DNA from: Spirochaetaceae bacterium
GTDB lineage: Bacteria; Spirochaetota; Spirochaetia; DSM-2461
Direction of reading: 5' to 3'
Assembly: GCA_051531975.1 (NCBI GenBank)
Contig: JAOPTT010000004.1
Span: 226,243 to 290,242 of the forward strand
Length of the DNA: 64,000 nucleotides
Each line of letters starts with the position of its first letter. Positions within the stretch are counted from its first letter, which is position 1. Made by a program: the position numbers and the translations under genes. The notes under the pieces are model-generated. The model worked only from the letters and a program-made list of their open reading frames with translations. It was not told the DNA's origin and made no database searches. Positions 40,819 through 50,342 of this stretch are shown piece by piece.

Positions 40819-42195
40819 TTAAGTTGGTAGTATAATATGAATTATAGTACCAGCTCCGTAGTTTGAATTTGCATAAATACTGCCTTTATGAGCTTTGATA
40901 ATTCCTCGACTTATGGCCAAACCTAAACCACTACCACCATGTTTCCTGTTTCTAGCACTATCTGTCCTGTAAAACCTCTCAAATATTTTCTCAAGATCTT
41001 CAGGTTTAATTCCACATCCGCTATCCGATATTTTTATATCTACATTTCCATTCAAACTTTTTGAACTTATTTCAATTTTTCCACCCTCTGGAGTATGTCT
41101 AAATGCATTTGTAAGAATATTTGTTAATACCTGTTTTAGTTTATCTAAATCTGCATCTATGGTTATTGGTGAATTAGCATTAATATACTTTAGTTCTATA
41201 TCTTTTTTTATTGCTTCGGGTTTAAATATATCCATACTGTTTTCAAATAGATCATTAATATTAAACTTACTTCTGTTTAGAGTCATTGCTCCTGAATCTG
41301 AACTAGAAAGTTGCTGAAGTTCTTTAACCAACCTAGACAGTACTAGAGTCTCCTGGTATATATTTTCCAAATGGACCATCTCTGGTTTATATACACCATC
41401 GATAATCATCTCTAAATTCCCTTGAATTAGAGCAACTGGTGTCCTAAGTTCGTGGGCTGAGTCTGCGATTATCTGTTTTCTCCAAATATCGTTATTTTCT
41501 AAAGTCTTTGCCATATTATTAAAAGAATTTGATAATATTGATATCTCATCATCACCACTTACATTAACTCGACTTCTAAAATTACCAGCCTCAATATCAG
41601 ATACTCCATTAGATAGAGCAGTTAAAGGGTTAGTGAGTTTTTTTGAAAAGTAGTTTGCAAACAGTATAGAAATTGTAAGAATAAAGATTGAAACAAGAAC
41701 AATTACCGATGTTGTCTTATTTAGAAATTTATCCTCTTTTTCCGATAATCCATTAGTTATCATTGTTCCTGTATAAACATAAGCGATGATTTTATTCTCA
41801 TATGTAATAGGTTCTCCGGTACCATTTTTTATAGTTTTAAATCTATTTTTTGGTATTGTGGAATATATTGTTTTCCCCCTAGTATCAGTTAATAGAATAG
41901 GGGGATTCATCATGTTGGGAGCCTCACGCTCCTGTCTTCTATTTTGCATCATATTATTTCTTTTAGGTACTGGTCGACGTAAAATATCCTCGACACCATC
42001 CCAACTATTTTGAAAGGAATAATAAGATTCTAGTGTATACGCAAGTTCTCTGTTGTAAGATATATCGTTCTGTCTTGCAAAGGTTTCGTATCCACTTCTG
42101 GTTGTATAATTAATAATTCCAACCATTAAAAAAGTGCCAGATAAAATTATAACTGTAAAAGCTAATACTATTTTATATTGTAAATTAAGTTTCAC
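40819..42195 (-). CDS. Sensor histidine kinase (BaeS-like; HAMP, HisKA, HATPase)
   Basis: AHELRTP, NILTNAFRH, DSGCGI and GGSGLGLAI motifs. Confidence 0.93.
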   Translation of the reverse strand: MKLNLQYKIVLAFTVIILSGTFLMVGIINYTTRSGYETFARQNDISYNRELAYTLESYYSFQNSWDGVEDILRRPVPKRNNMMQNRRQEREAPNMMNPPILLTDTRGKTIYSTIPKNRFKTIKNGTGEPITYENKIIAYVYTGTMITNGLSEKEDKFLNKTTSVIVLVSIFILTISILFANYFSKKLTNPLTALSNGVSDIEAGNFRSRVNVSGDDEISILSNSFNNMAKTLENNDIWRKQIIADSAHELRTPVALIQGNLEMIIDGVYKPEMVHLENIYQETLVLSRLVKELQQLSSSDSGAMTLNRSKFNINDLFENSMDIFKPEAIKKDIELKYINANSPITIDADLDKLKQVLTNILTNAFRHTPEGGKIEISSKSLNGNVDIKISDSGCGIKPEDLEKIFERFYRTDSARNRKHGGSGLGLAISRGIIKAHKGSIYANSNYGAGTIIHIILPT

Positions 42196-42898
42196 TGTTA
42201 TCTCCTTCAGTAAACCTATAACCTACACCCCAGACAGTCTCAATATAGTTGGGGTTCGAGGGAACTTCTTCTAATACTTTACGTATATTTTTAATATGTA
42301 CATCTATAGTTCTCTCATAACCCTCAAATATATCTTCCTGGAAAGATGTTAATATCTGTTCTCTGGTAAAGACTCTGCCTGGGTTATTCATAAATAATTT
42401 AACTATATTAAACTGTACAGATGTTAAATTGATCTTTAAAGAGCCTCTATGTACAATCATCTTCTGAATATCCATACAGATGTTATCAACATTTATTATA
42501 TTCTCAGGTTCTTTAGACTGTTTTTCTGATGAAGAAAATTCTACTCTTCTAAGTAGTGACCTAATTCTCGCGGCTAACTCTTTTAGGCTAAAAGGTTTTA
42601 AGATATAGTCATCTGCGCCCATCTCTAAGCCCATAAGTTTATCGGCTTCTTCAGCCTTAGCTGTAACCATAATAATTGGAACTGTGGATCTTTCTCTAAT
42701 ACGTCTGGTACAATCGATACCATCAATACCTGGCATCATAATGTCCATTATAATTAAATCTGGTTGTCCTGATATAAACATAGAGACTGCATCGACACCA
42801 TCGACTGCTGTTATAGTCTCAAAACCTACAGCTTCTAGGTAATCGCATATCATTTTTCTCATTTTCTCTTCGTCGTCTACAACTAATATTTTTTTCAT
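42185..42898 (-). CDS. OmpR-family response regulator
   Basis: LVVDDE, DIMMPG, KPFS, ERTIDVHIKNIR and ETVWGVGY. Start 42898 preferred over 42904 because TGgTATTAT lies 7 nt upstream. Confidence 0.93.
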   Translation of the reverse strand: MKKILVVDDEEKMRKMICDYLEAVGFETITAVDGVDAVSMFISGQPDLIIMDIMMPGIDGIDCTRRIRERSTVPIIMVTAKAEEADKLMGLEMGADDYILKPFSLKELAARIRSLLRRVEFSSSEKQSKEPENIINVDNICMDIQKMIVHRGSLKINLTSVQFNIVKLFMNNPGRVFTREQILTSFQEDIFEGYERTIDVHIKNIRKVLEEVPSNPNYIETVWGVGYRFTEGDNSET

Positions 42899-42917
42899 AT
42901 CCATAATAATACCATAT

Positions 42918-42948
42918 AAAAAATCCCCTTTAATAGGGGATTTTTTTT
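42918..42948. terminator. Intrinsic terminator hairpin
   Basis: AAAAAATCCCCT-TTAAT-AGGGGATTTTTT. Confidence 0.8.
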
Positions 42949-42953
42949 AGTTT

Positions 42954-43505
42954 TTAATTCTCATCTTTATCCTTGTTCACATTTGATCTACCACCTCGGT
43001 GACCCTTAGGACCACGTCGGCCACCCATGTTTCCCATATAACCATAGTTCATATCTGTAAGATCTATTTCTATCTCTTTTCCATCAATAATAGCTTTAGT
43101 TAACATAAGTGTTTTTTCTTTACCATCCCACTGAAGTCTTCTTTGGTTTGTTTCGACACCTTCTATTGTCACTGTCATACCGTCTTTTACTTCTAGTTCT
43201 AATAGCTGTTCTACGGGTCCAACTATTGTAAAAACTACACCGTCTGAATCAATTGTTGGAAACTCATCGTTAATTAATGTTATTGGTCCAGTAACTGTAA
43301 CAATCTCTGAATTTTCTAAGAACTCTTCCATCATCTCTTTATGGTCGTCTTCACTCATACCACGTCCACGACCATCTTTGTCGTCAAATCTCATTCCACC
43401 TCTTGGTGAGTTTCTATAATCAACATCTTCTTCTTTGTTACTTGAAGCTGATAATAATAGCCCACATCCAGTTAATAATACTAAAAATAGTAATGTCTTT
43501 TTCAT
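42954..43505 (-). CDS. Exported protein with Gly/Arg/Met-rich flanks and an OB-fold-like core
   Basis: Signal peptide; RBS GGGAG; beta pattern VTVTG...VKDGMTVTIEG. Confidence 0.6.
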   Translation of the reverse strand: MKKTLLFLVLLTGCGLLLSASSNKEEDVDYRNSPRGGMRFDDKDGRGRGMSEDDHKEMMEEFLENSEIVTVTGPITLINDEFPTIDSDGVVFTIVGPVEQLLELEVKDGMTVTIEGVETNQRRLQWDGKEKTLMLTKAIIDGKEIEIDLTDMNYGYMGNMGGRRGPKGHRGGRSNVNKDKDEN

Positions 43506-43551
43506 CTTGTTTCTCCCTAAACTTTGTTATGATTTAAATCTAAACCCTAAA

Positions 43552-43568
43552 TGTGAAGGAAGTATGAA
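43552..43568 (-). promoter_or_regulatory. OmpR-type direct-repeat box
   Basis: TTCATA-N5-TTCACA on the - strand (11-bp period) upstream of the 43505 gene. Confidence 0.5.
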
Positions 43569-43630
43569 CAAGATCTGTTTCTTTTATTAAAGAAGCTTGG
43601 ATAGTTGTTTTTAGAAAAGGGATTGTTGTA

Positions 43631-44143
43631 TTAGTCCTTAAGGTACTCTTTAACTTCTGTTGATGTTGCATCTATAGACCCACTAACAAGTACAGGAGAT
43701 GAGCTAATATTCTCGGCATGCATCATAGAAGCAAGTCTCTGTAGGTTTGATAAGATCATATTTCTTTCCCACTCTTCTAGGCATTCTAATTTGCTTGTAA
43801 ACTCTTCTTGTAATACTGATGGATTATCTTTTAATAAATCATAGCTTTTATCTGTTAATACTATATTTACTTTTCTTTTGTCATCTAATGAACGAACTCT
43901 TTTTGCAAAATTATGTTGCTCTAATCTATCAAGAATACTTGTAACTGTAGCTTGGGAAAGGCTTACATTTCTAGCAATTGCAGAAATAGGTTGGTTCACA
44001 TTCTTTTTAATTTCTTTTAAGACTAATAATTGTGGACCTGTTAACCCATATAGTTTTACTAACTTCTTTGATTGTAGATCTATAACTCTAATTATTTGTC
44101 TTAATGTAGATACAACAAGATCTGTATTTTCTGAACTGCTCAT
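43631..44143 (-). CDS. MarR-family regulator, EctR/CosR-like
   Basis: LRQIIRVIDLQSKKL...GLTGPQL, LSQATVTSILDRLE and LEEWE..MILSNLQRLASMM.A...SSPVL. Start moved to ATG 44143. Confidence 0.8.
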   Translation of the reverse strand: MSSSENTDLVVSTLRQIIRVIDLQSKKLVKLYGLTGPQLLVLKEIKKNVNQPISAIARNVSLSQATVTSILDRLEQHNFAKRVRSLDDKRKVNIVLTDKSYDLLKDNPSVLQEEFTSKLECLEEWERNMILSNLQRLASMMHAENISSSPVLVSGSIDATSTEVKEYLKD

Positions 44144-44265
44144 ATGAATACGATATATTAAAAACTCAGTAAAGTTAAGTCTCAAACACTATTTAGCACT
44201 TTTATATTTATAGCCCTAAATTTTACTGCCCTAAGTAAAATTTAGACGATTATCGACTACTCACA

Positions 44266-44301
44266 TTGATTATGTGTCTTAAATTCATTAGTATACTAAG
44301 T
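44266..44301 (+). promoter_or_regulatory. Promoter with a palindromic operator over the -10
   Basis: TTGATT-N17-TAGTAT; perfect palindrome TTAGTATACTAA at 44288-44299. Confidence 0.6.
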
Positions 44302-44357
44302 AATTATTGATATGTTCGTAACGTTCTATTCAATAATGCTAATAACAAAGGAACAAT

Positions 44358-45482
44358 ATGAAAATTTTAAAATTAAAAAAAAGACTCTCTGGAGATCATG
44401 ACTTTAAGGGTCACACTATATTAGGTTCTATGTGTACAGAGCCTCATTATCTTGCTAAAAGAACATTTAGAAGATTTTTATCAACTAACGTTGGTGATCC
44501 AGGACTTTTTCCAAACTTAATAGATTTAGAAACAGAATATATTGCATCGTTAGGATATTTATTACATGACAATACAGAAGCCAAAGGTATGGTTGTATCT
44601 GGTGGGTCAGAAGCAAATATTCTTGCAATGTGGAGTGCCAGAGAGATGGCTGGTGAAAACAAAAGAGATGTTATAATACCAGAAACATGCCATTTTTCAT
44701 TTGATAAAGCAGCTATGATGTTAGGTTTAAACCTAGTAAAGATACCAGTAGATTCAAAACATAAAGTAAGAATAGATCTTGTAGAGAAAGCTATAAATGA
44801 AAACACTATGGCTATTGTAGGTATTGCTGGAACAACTGGTTCTGGTGCCTGTGACCCAATAGACGGATTATCGGAATTAGCAGTTAAGCATAACTTATAC
44901 TTACATGTTGATGCCGCATTTGGAGGTTTTGTATTTCCTTTCTTAGATAATCCTCCACTATTTGACTTTAGACTTCCAGGTGTTAAATCTATAACAATGG
45001 ATCCACATAAAATGGGCCGTGCTGTTATTCAATCTGGTTGTATTATCTATAGAAACCAAGAAGTATACGATTCTGTTAAAGTACCTGTTGGTTATTTAAG
45101 TGGTGGTAAAACTATTAATAACTCTATCTTGGGTACAAGAAGTGGAGCATCCATTGCATCTTCTTGGATGGTTTTTAACTATTTAGGTTTTGAAGGATAT
45201 AAAAAAGAGGTTGATAAATTAATGTTATTAACAGCTTGGTTTGCAGAAGAGGTAAAAAATATACCTGAGTTAAATACAATAATAGAACCTGAATGTAATA
45301 TTGTTGGTATATGTTCTTCTGGGGATGTTGATATTAAAGTACTGTTAAAGAAGCTTCGAAATAAGGGTTGGGCGTTATCTGAGTGGTCTAATTATGTACG
45401 GATTACAATGATGCCTCATGTTAAAAAAGCCTACTTAAAGAAGTTCTTGAAAGATATTAAAAGTATTTTAATTACCCTTTAA
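44358..45482 (+). CDS. mfnA: Group II PLP-dependent decarboxylase, archaeal MfnA-like (L-tyrosine/L-aspartate decarboxylase)
   Basis: ILGSMCT, NVGDPGLF, SGGSEAN, HFSFDKA, GIAGTT, HVDAAFGG and DPHKMG (PLP lysine). Confidence 0.78.
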   Translation: MKILKLKKRLSGDHDFKGHTILGSMCTEPHYLAKRTFRRFLSTNVGDPGLFPNLIDLETEYIASLGYLLHDNTEAKGMVVSGGSEANILAMWSAREMAGENKRDVIIPETCHFSFDKAAMMLGLNLVKIPVDSKHKVRIDLVEKAINENTMAIVGIAGTTGSGACDPIDGLSELAVKHNLYLHVDAAFGGFVFPFLDNPPLFDFRLPGVKSITMDPHKMGRAVIQSGCIIYRNQEVYDSVKVPVGYLSGGKTINNSILGTRSGASIASSWMVFNYLGFEGYKKEVDKLMLLTAWFAEEVKNIPELNTIIEPECNIVGICSSGDVDIKVLLKKLRNKGWALSEWSNYVRITMMPHVKKAYLKKFLKDIKSILITL

Positions 45483-45809
45483 TTTAGTATCTAAGAAAGC
45501 TTTTATAAACCTAAATCTCTAATACCTATGCAATCGAAGTATTTGTGGCCATGTATAAATTATGATGTAATTGTATCATATTAATCCACTTTCCATTTTC
45601 ATCTATACAGTTTTTAAACCAGCAATAGATTACATATATTATATATGATTTAATAATATTTTTTTCATTGCTGCTAAGTTTTGCTAATGGATTCCTAAGA
45701 CTTATATCTTCAATTATCAATCTGAATCCCTTTTTATTACTATTTTTTTATATTTAAATTTTGCACCTATTAAATTATGGGTCTGGTTTTCTTTTATGTA
45801 AATCCAACT

Positions 45810-45872
45810 AAAGTTACATTTTTGGCTATTTACTAGTGAATCCATGGAGTTATACGGTCAAAATGTAACTTT
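45810..45872. repeat. 13-bp perfect inverted repeat, candidate regulator sites
   Basis: AAAGTTACATTTT (45810-45822) / AAAATGTAACTTT (45860-45872). Confidence 0.6.
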
Positions 45873-45949
45873 TATATAACTTTTTGCTTCACTCTTTTTG
45901 TCCTGAATTGTGTAAAATTCAAAAATTAAGAATACATTAGGAGAAAGTG

Positions 45950-46513
45950 ATGACACAAGTTACAAAGAATGAAGTAGAAAGATCATGTGAGTTTACCGAA
46001 GAATTATGGAATGAGATTGCTCAAAGTATTTGTTTAATGAACGATTTTGATTCAGAAACAAAGACAAAAGTTTTAAAACATAAAGTGCTTAAGACTATAG
46101 CCGCAACACCATATTTAGCAGGTTGTAATAACCCTTTAAGAACTGCAATGAGCCATGTAGCTATATACTTTTTAGCAGCATCGAAAGCTGGGAAACAGAC
46201 TTTTGTTCATACAGCAGATGATGATAATAATTATTTATTAAGACTTGAAAGGATCTCACATTTTGATGGTGGGAATAAACAAGTTATACAAAAAGCTATG
46301 GATCTATTGGCATTAGTTATGATTGAGGATTATAGTAGGGATATGGACGAAGATAGACTAAACAATAAATATAACCCTTTTATTTCAGGAACATGGCACT
46401 ATCTTAAAATTAAAAATGAATTAATTGGCAGAATTTCAAAAAATATATCTTCAGAATTAGATGAAATATTAGATATACATGAAGCTCATAATACATATTG
46501 GGATATTCTTTGA
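45950..46513 (+). CDS. Hypothetical helical protein with an Asp-rich motif
   Basis: RBS AGGAG 45939-45943, 6 nt before ATG 45950; EDYSRDMDED...KYNP; C-terminus YWDIL. Confidence 0.75.
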   Translation: MTQVTKNEVERSCEFTEELWNEIAQSICLMNDFDSETKTKVLKHKVLKTIAATPYLAGCNNPLRTAMSHVAIYFLAASKAGKQTFVHTADDDNNYLLRLERISHFDGGNKQVIQKAMDLLALVMIEDYSRDMDEDRLNNKYNPFISGTWHYLKIKNELIGRISKNISSELDEILDIHEAHNTYWDIL

Positions 46514-47361
46514 GTGATTCAATATTTCTAATACAAAAAAGGATCTCTAAAATATTAATTATTATGGGCTCTATAGCCATAGTATTTAATGTTTTTACGG
46601 CAATATTAAATTCCTATTCTCTCATTCAATTAATACTTATGCCTGGAATTTTATTTGTAGCTATTTTTGTAATTGCTCTTTTATTAACTCATAATGTTGA
46701 TAAAAGAGCTGTAAGAATTTTCCATGTTACATTGTTTTTATTAAATGCATTTATATCAATTCTAGATCAGTATGACTCTTTCTATGGATTGGGATTATAT
46801 ATTCTTGGCATTATTATCATGTACCGTTATAGGTATTTTAAGAAATTTCCAAAGATTAAAATATTAACTCTGATGATATTTTTAATAATCACTGTTGAAT
46901 TATCTTCATATATAATAAGTAGAGACTTTTTAGCTTTTTCATTGTCTGTAATTATATTTGTTATCTTTTTTATATTGCTAATTTTTACTCTGTATAAAGA
47001 TGAAATTAATAAAGTTCTGTTTTTAGAAAAAAATAACAAAAAATCTATAGATGCGATGATAATTGAGAGAAACAAAACACTTGATGATATGGAATTATTA
47101 AAGAAAAAAGTTGCTTTACTTGAATCAGATATATCAAATGCTAAAAGTTCCCCAAAGGGGTTAGATGAATATAGCTTCACTGTTAAAGAGCTTGAAGTCA
47201 TTGAATTATTATGTCGAGAGAGACTAACTAACCAGGAGTTATGTGATAGGTTATTTATCTCGGTAGGAACAATAAAACAACATTTAAGTCACATTTTTAA
47301 TAAATGTGGAGTTAAAAATCGAGTAAATGTAATTTATCTTTTTCAGGATAATTTTAAATAG
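46510..47361 (+). CDS. Multi-TM one-component regulator with C-terminal LuxR HTH
   Basis: About 5-6 hydrophobic helices, a coiled coil, then FTVKELEVIELL...LTNQELCDRLFISVGTIKQHLSHIFNKCGVKNR. TTG 46510 overlaps the upstream TGA. Confidence 0.82.
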   Translation: MSDSIFLIQKRISKILIIMGSIAIVFNVFTAILNSYSLIQLILMPGILFVAIFVIALLLTHNVDKRAVRIFHVTLFLLNAFISILDQYDSFYGLGLYILGIIIMYRYRYFKKFPKIKILTLMIFLIITVELSSYIISRDFLAFSLSVIIFVIFFILLIFTLYKDEINKVLFLEKNNKKSIDAMIIERNKTLDDMELLKKKVALLESDISNAKSSPKGLDEYSFTVKELEVIELLCRERLTNQELCDRLFISVGTIKQHLSHIFNKCGVKNRVNVIYLFQDNFK

Positions 47362-47433
47362 AATACCTATCCTCACTTAATGTTCTAATAAAAAAATAAT
47401 TCCATATCTCTCTGTTATCTGATATTATGACAC

Positions 47434-50235
47434 ATGGAAATATTTGTACTTATTTTAGTTATAATAGCACTGGTTGCTGCAAGGCTTTTAAGAAATAGAA
47501 TCATCGATTTGGAAGATAACCAGGAAACTCTTTTTAAAAGGATAAAATATCTTGAAAGTCTTAATAATGTAGAAAGTATTAAACCCTTAGAAAAAGAGAC
47601 AGAACTTAAGGTAACTAGAGTTGCTGTACCACCTCCTGTTTATAAAGAAGTATTATCATCCCCAGTTATAAAAAAGGATGTAAAAAATAAGGTTATTAAA
47701 AGTAATAAACCACCAAAGGAAAAGGGTATATTGTTAAATAAATTCCTTGAAAATGGTACAGGTATAATAGGTGTTTTAGTCCTTGTTATGGGGTTAGCAT
47801 TTCTAGGAATATACTCAGCTATTAATATGTCAGCTTTTCCAAGGTTTTTAATGTTTTGCCTATTTAGTTTAGTGCTATTTGGTGGATCATATATACTAGA
47901 AAAAAAGATGAAGTGGAACCGGCTATCTTTATGGCTTAGAAGTGCAGCTGGAGCAATATTCCTTTTCTCTTGTATCGGTTCTACAGGTATCCCTGGTTTA
48001 GTTTGGATCGATAATCAGATATCAGGACTAATGCTTATTATAGCAGGAATTCTATTAAATATTGTTTTAGGTGGTATTTCTAAAAAAGAAGTAGTCTCAT
48101 CTACCCACCTGTTTTTAAGTCTAGTAGCACTTGCAATAGCTCCTCCAACCATGTCTATTTTAATAGTTGCAGGAGTTATCACAATCTATGGAATATATCT
48201 AACTTATAGAAAGAAGTGGGATATAAACTTGGTTATAATAATTTCAATGTTTGCTATTTTCCATACCTATTGGCACTATAGGTTGATAGATTTAGGAACG
48301 GATTTAAGCATCTCCCAGAGTGCTGTTTCTCTATCTTTAATAGTTTTAATAACACTCGCTACACTATTTTCTCATTATAGAACAATTTATAGTGTTGAGA
48401 AGTTTGAATCTCTACCTTTCTTTACTCACTTTCTAAACTGGTGTTATTTAGCAGTAGGAATATATCTATATAACTCTATAATTCCTTTTGAATTTTTCAT
48501 GTTCTCTGGGGGATCAATATTAGCCCTAGTTATTGCAAATAGAGCAACAAAACTTAATATTGGTTGGTTAAAGGTAACTGATACACTAGTAGCAAATTTA
48601 TTAATGATATTAGCTGTACTTTCACTTTATCCTAAAGGTATCAATCTATTTTATATCTCAGAAATTCTATTCTTAGAGTCTATAATATTTTTAATTGTTA
48701 TGTGTTTCCAGAAGCAAAAATTACTTAGTAAAATCGCTTACATTTTAGTATTTTTATTTAGTATCATAATCTTTATATCTAACTGGTCTGATGATGTAGA
48801 CTTTAAAACTCCTTTATTGGTTATTACCATTTTAGGATTTGGAACACTCTACTACTTAAAAAGTTCAAAACCATCATTTTTTAAAACTATAGATCTAAAA
48901 TATCGTTCAATATTATCTATAATGTATCCACTTTATGCATTCTCAATTTTTACTAATCATATAGAGTCTATGTGGATAACAGCACTATTTGTTGGTGTAA
49001 TGGCTCCGGTTTTAATATTCAGAAACATACTAAAAAATGATATTGTTTATAGATTTTCTAAAATAGTTATTGTTCTTGTAAGCTTGACTTCTATTATTGT
49101 AATTGCTGATAATTCTGTATCTTTTGGAACTATTTATGCAATCCCACTACTAGTTGGGTTAATACTTTTAACAATACTGTCATACTCTTATAAAAAAGAG
49201 TGTTATAAAAATAGATTCCTAATAGTTTTTACAGGATTAACTTATGTTGCTATAACGTATGTTATTTTTAGTCAAATATCAGAATTTTTACCTGGTGTTA
49301 TTTGGCTTGTAAGCATTTTAGGGAACTTGCTTCTCTCCAGTTTCTTAGTTAATAGAAAACCGAATTTAAAATTCCTAGCTAATGTAAATAAGTATCTATA
49401 TGTGCTCTCTTATATTATTTTTGCAATTTATGTTTTAGTTAATATATTTGTATACTTAGACATCGATTCAACTATTGGTATATTCAAAACTAGATACCTT
49501 TTAGAAGCTTTAGCTATTGGTATTTTAGTTTATTGGATTCAGAGTAAAGGGACTAAAATTAAAGGGTTTGTTTTAGAGATCGCCCTACTATTTATTATAT
49601 TAGCAATTGTAACTGAGGTTAATTATAAAGAGAGATCTTTAGTTTTAATCATAATCGCTATAGCCTCTTTAATGTTAAATAAGATTAAAGGTAACAATAG
49701 TCGATTACGTTTTTACTCTGTAGTCCTTAGTTGGATTTCAGCTGTTTTTATAGCAACTACTAGCTTGAGTAATCACAACTGGTTCTCAAGCATTACAGCT
49801 ATAGTTATTTTTTGTATCTATCTAGTTATGTTAAATAGATATGGTAAATTAGATAAAGTAAGATTCCCAAAATATCTTAGTAGCTTAGGACATCTTAGTA
49901 CTAAAGTTCACCATAAAATTAACTTATGGGTTTTTTATCCATTTTTTATATCTGTCGCCTTATACATTTATTTTACATTTAACCAGAATATAATAACCCT
50001 CTGTTTTGTGCTGTTAAGTTTAATAATATTTATTTTAAGTATCGCATTAAAAGAGGAGAACTTTAAAATAATATCTCTTTTAGGTTTAGGTGCCAGTTTA
50101 GTTAGAATGATATTTGTAGACTTATCTAATTCTGGGACAATAACACGGGCCTTAGTATTCATAGGTGTTGGTTTAGTTATGGTTTTTATGAATATTATCT
50201 ATGTTAAATTTAATAGAAATGATTCTTTGGAATAA
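47434..50235 (+). CDS. Large polytopic membrane protein (DUF2339-like)
   Basis: N-terminal TM plus coiled coil; GIIGVLVLVMGLAFL; C-terminal FVDLSN..TITRALVFIGVG. Confidence 0.75.
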   Translation: MEIFVLILVIIALVAARLLRNRIIDLEDNQETLFKRIKYLESLNNVESIKPLEKETELKVTRVAVPPPVYKEVLSSPVIKKDVKNKVIKSNKPPKEKGILLNKFLENGTGIIGVLVLVMGLAFLGIYSAINMSAFPRFLMFCLFSLVLFGGSYILEKKMKWNRLSLWLRSAAGAIFLFSCIGSTGIPGLVWIDNQISGLMLIIAGILLNIVLGGISKKEVVSSTHLFLSLVALAIAPPTMSILIVAGVITIYGIYLTYRKKWDINLVIIISMFAIFHTYWHYRLIDLGTDLSISQSAVSLSLIVLITLATLFSHYRTIYSVEKFESLPFFTHFLNWCYLAVGIYLYNSIIPFEFFMFSGGSILALVIANRATKLNIGWLKVTDTLVANLLMILAVLSLYPKGINLFYISEILFLESIIFLIVMCFQKQKLLSKIAYILVFLFSIIIFISNWSDDVDFKTPLLVITILGFGTLYYLKSSKPSFFKTIDLKYRSILSIMYPLYAFSIFTNHIESMWITALFVGVMAPVLIFRNILKNDIVYRFSKIVIVLVSLTSIIVIADNSVSFGTIYAIPLLVGLILLTILSYSYKKECYKNRFLIVFTGLTYVAITYVIFSQISEFLPGVIWLVSILGNLLLSSFLVNRKPNLKFLANVNKYLYVLSYIIFAIYVLVNIFVYLDIDSTIGIFKTRYLLEALAIGILVYWIQSKGTKIKGFVLEIALLFIILAIVTEVNYKERSLVLIIIAIASLMLNKIKGNNSRLRFYSVVLSWISAVFIATTSLSNHNWFSSITAIVIFCIYLVMLNRYGKLDKVRFPKYLSSLGHLSTKVHHKINLWVFYPFFISVALYIYFTFNQNIITLCFVLLSLIIFILSIALKEENFKIISLLGLGASLVRMIFVDLSNSGTITRALVFIGVGLVMVFMNIIYVKFNRNDSLE

Positions 50236-50281
50236 CGATATATTGCCCAAATTATTATTTTAATTCTTTCCACTTTTTTAT

Positions 50282-50312
50282 TTGACTTTGACCTTAGGGC
50301 AAGGAATATCCT
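50282..50312 (+). promoter_or_regulatory. MerR-type promoter (19-bp spacer with dyad)
   Basis: TTGACT-N19-TATCCT; dyad TTGACCT-T-AGGGCAA in the spacer. Confidence 0.65.
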
Positions 50313-50342
50313 TAGATTAGATTGTAAATTAAGGGGATAAAA

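Noticed and set aside
45526..45720. 64-aa - strand ORF as a separate pheromone precursor for the LuxR cassette
   Set aside because: TTG start, no recognisable motif and no C-terminal Trp. It could be a remnant, but I cannot support it as a gene.
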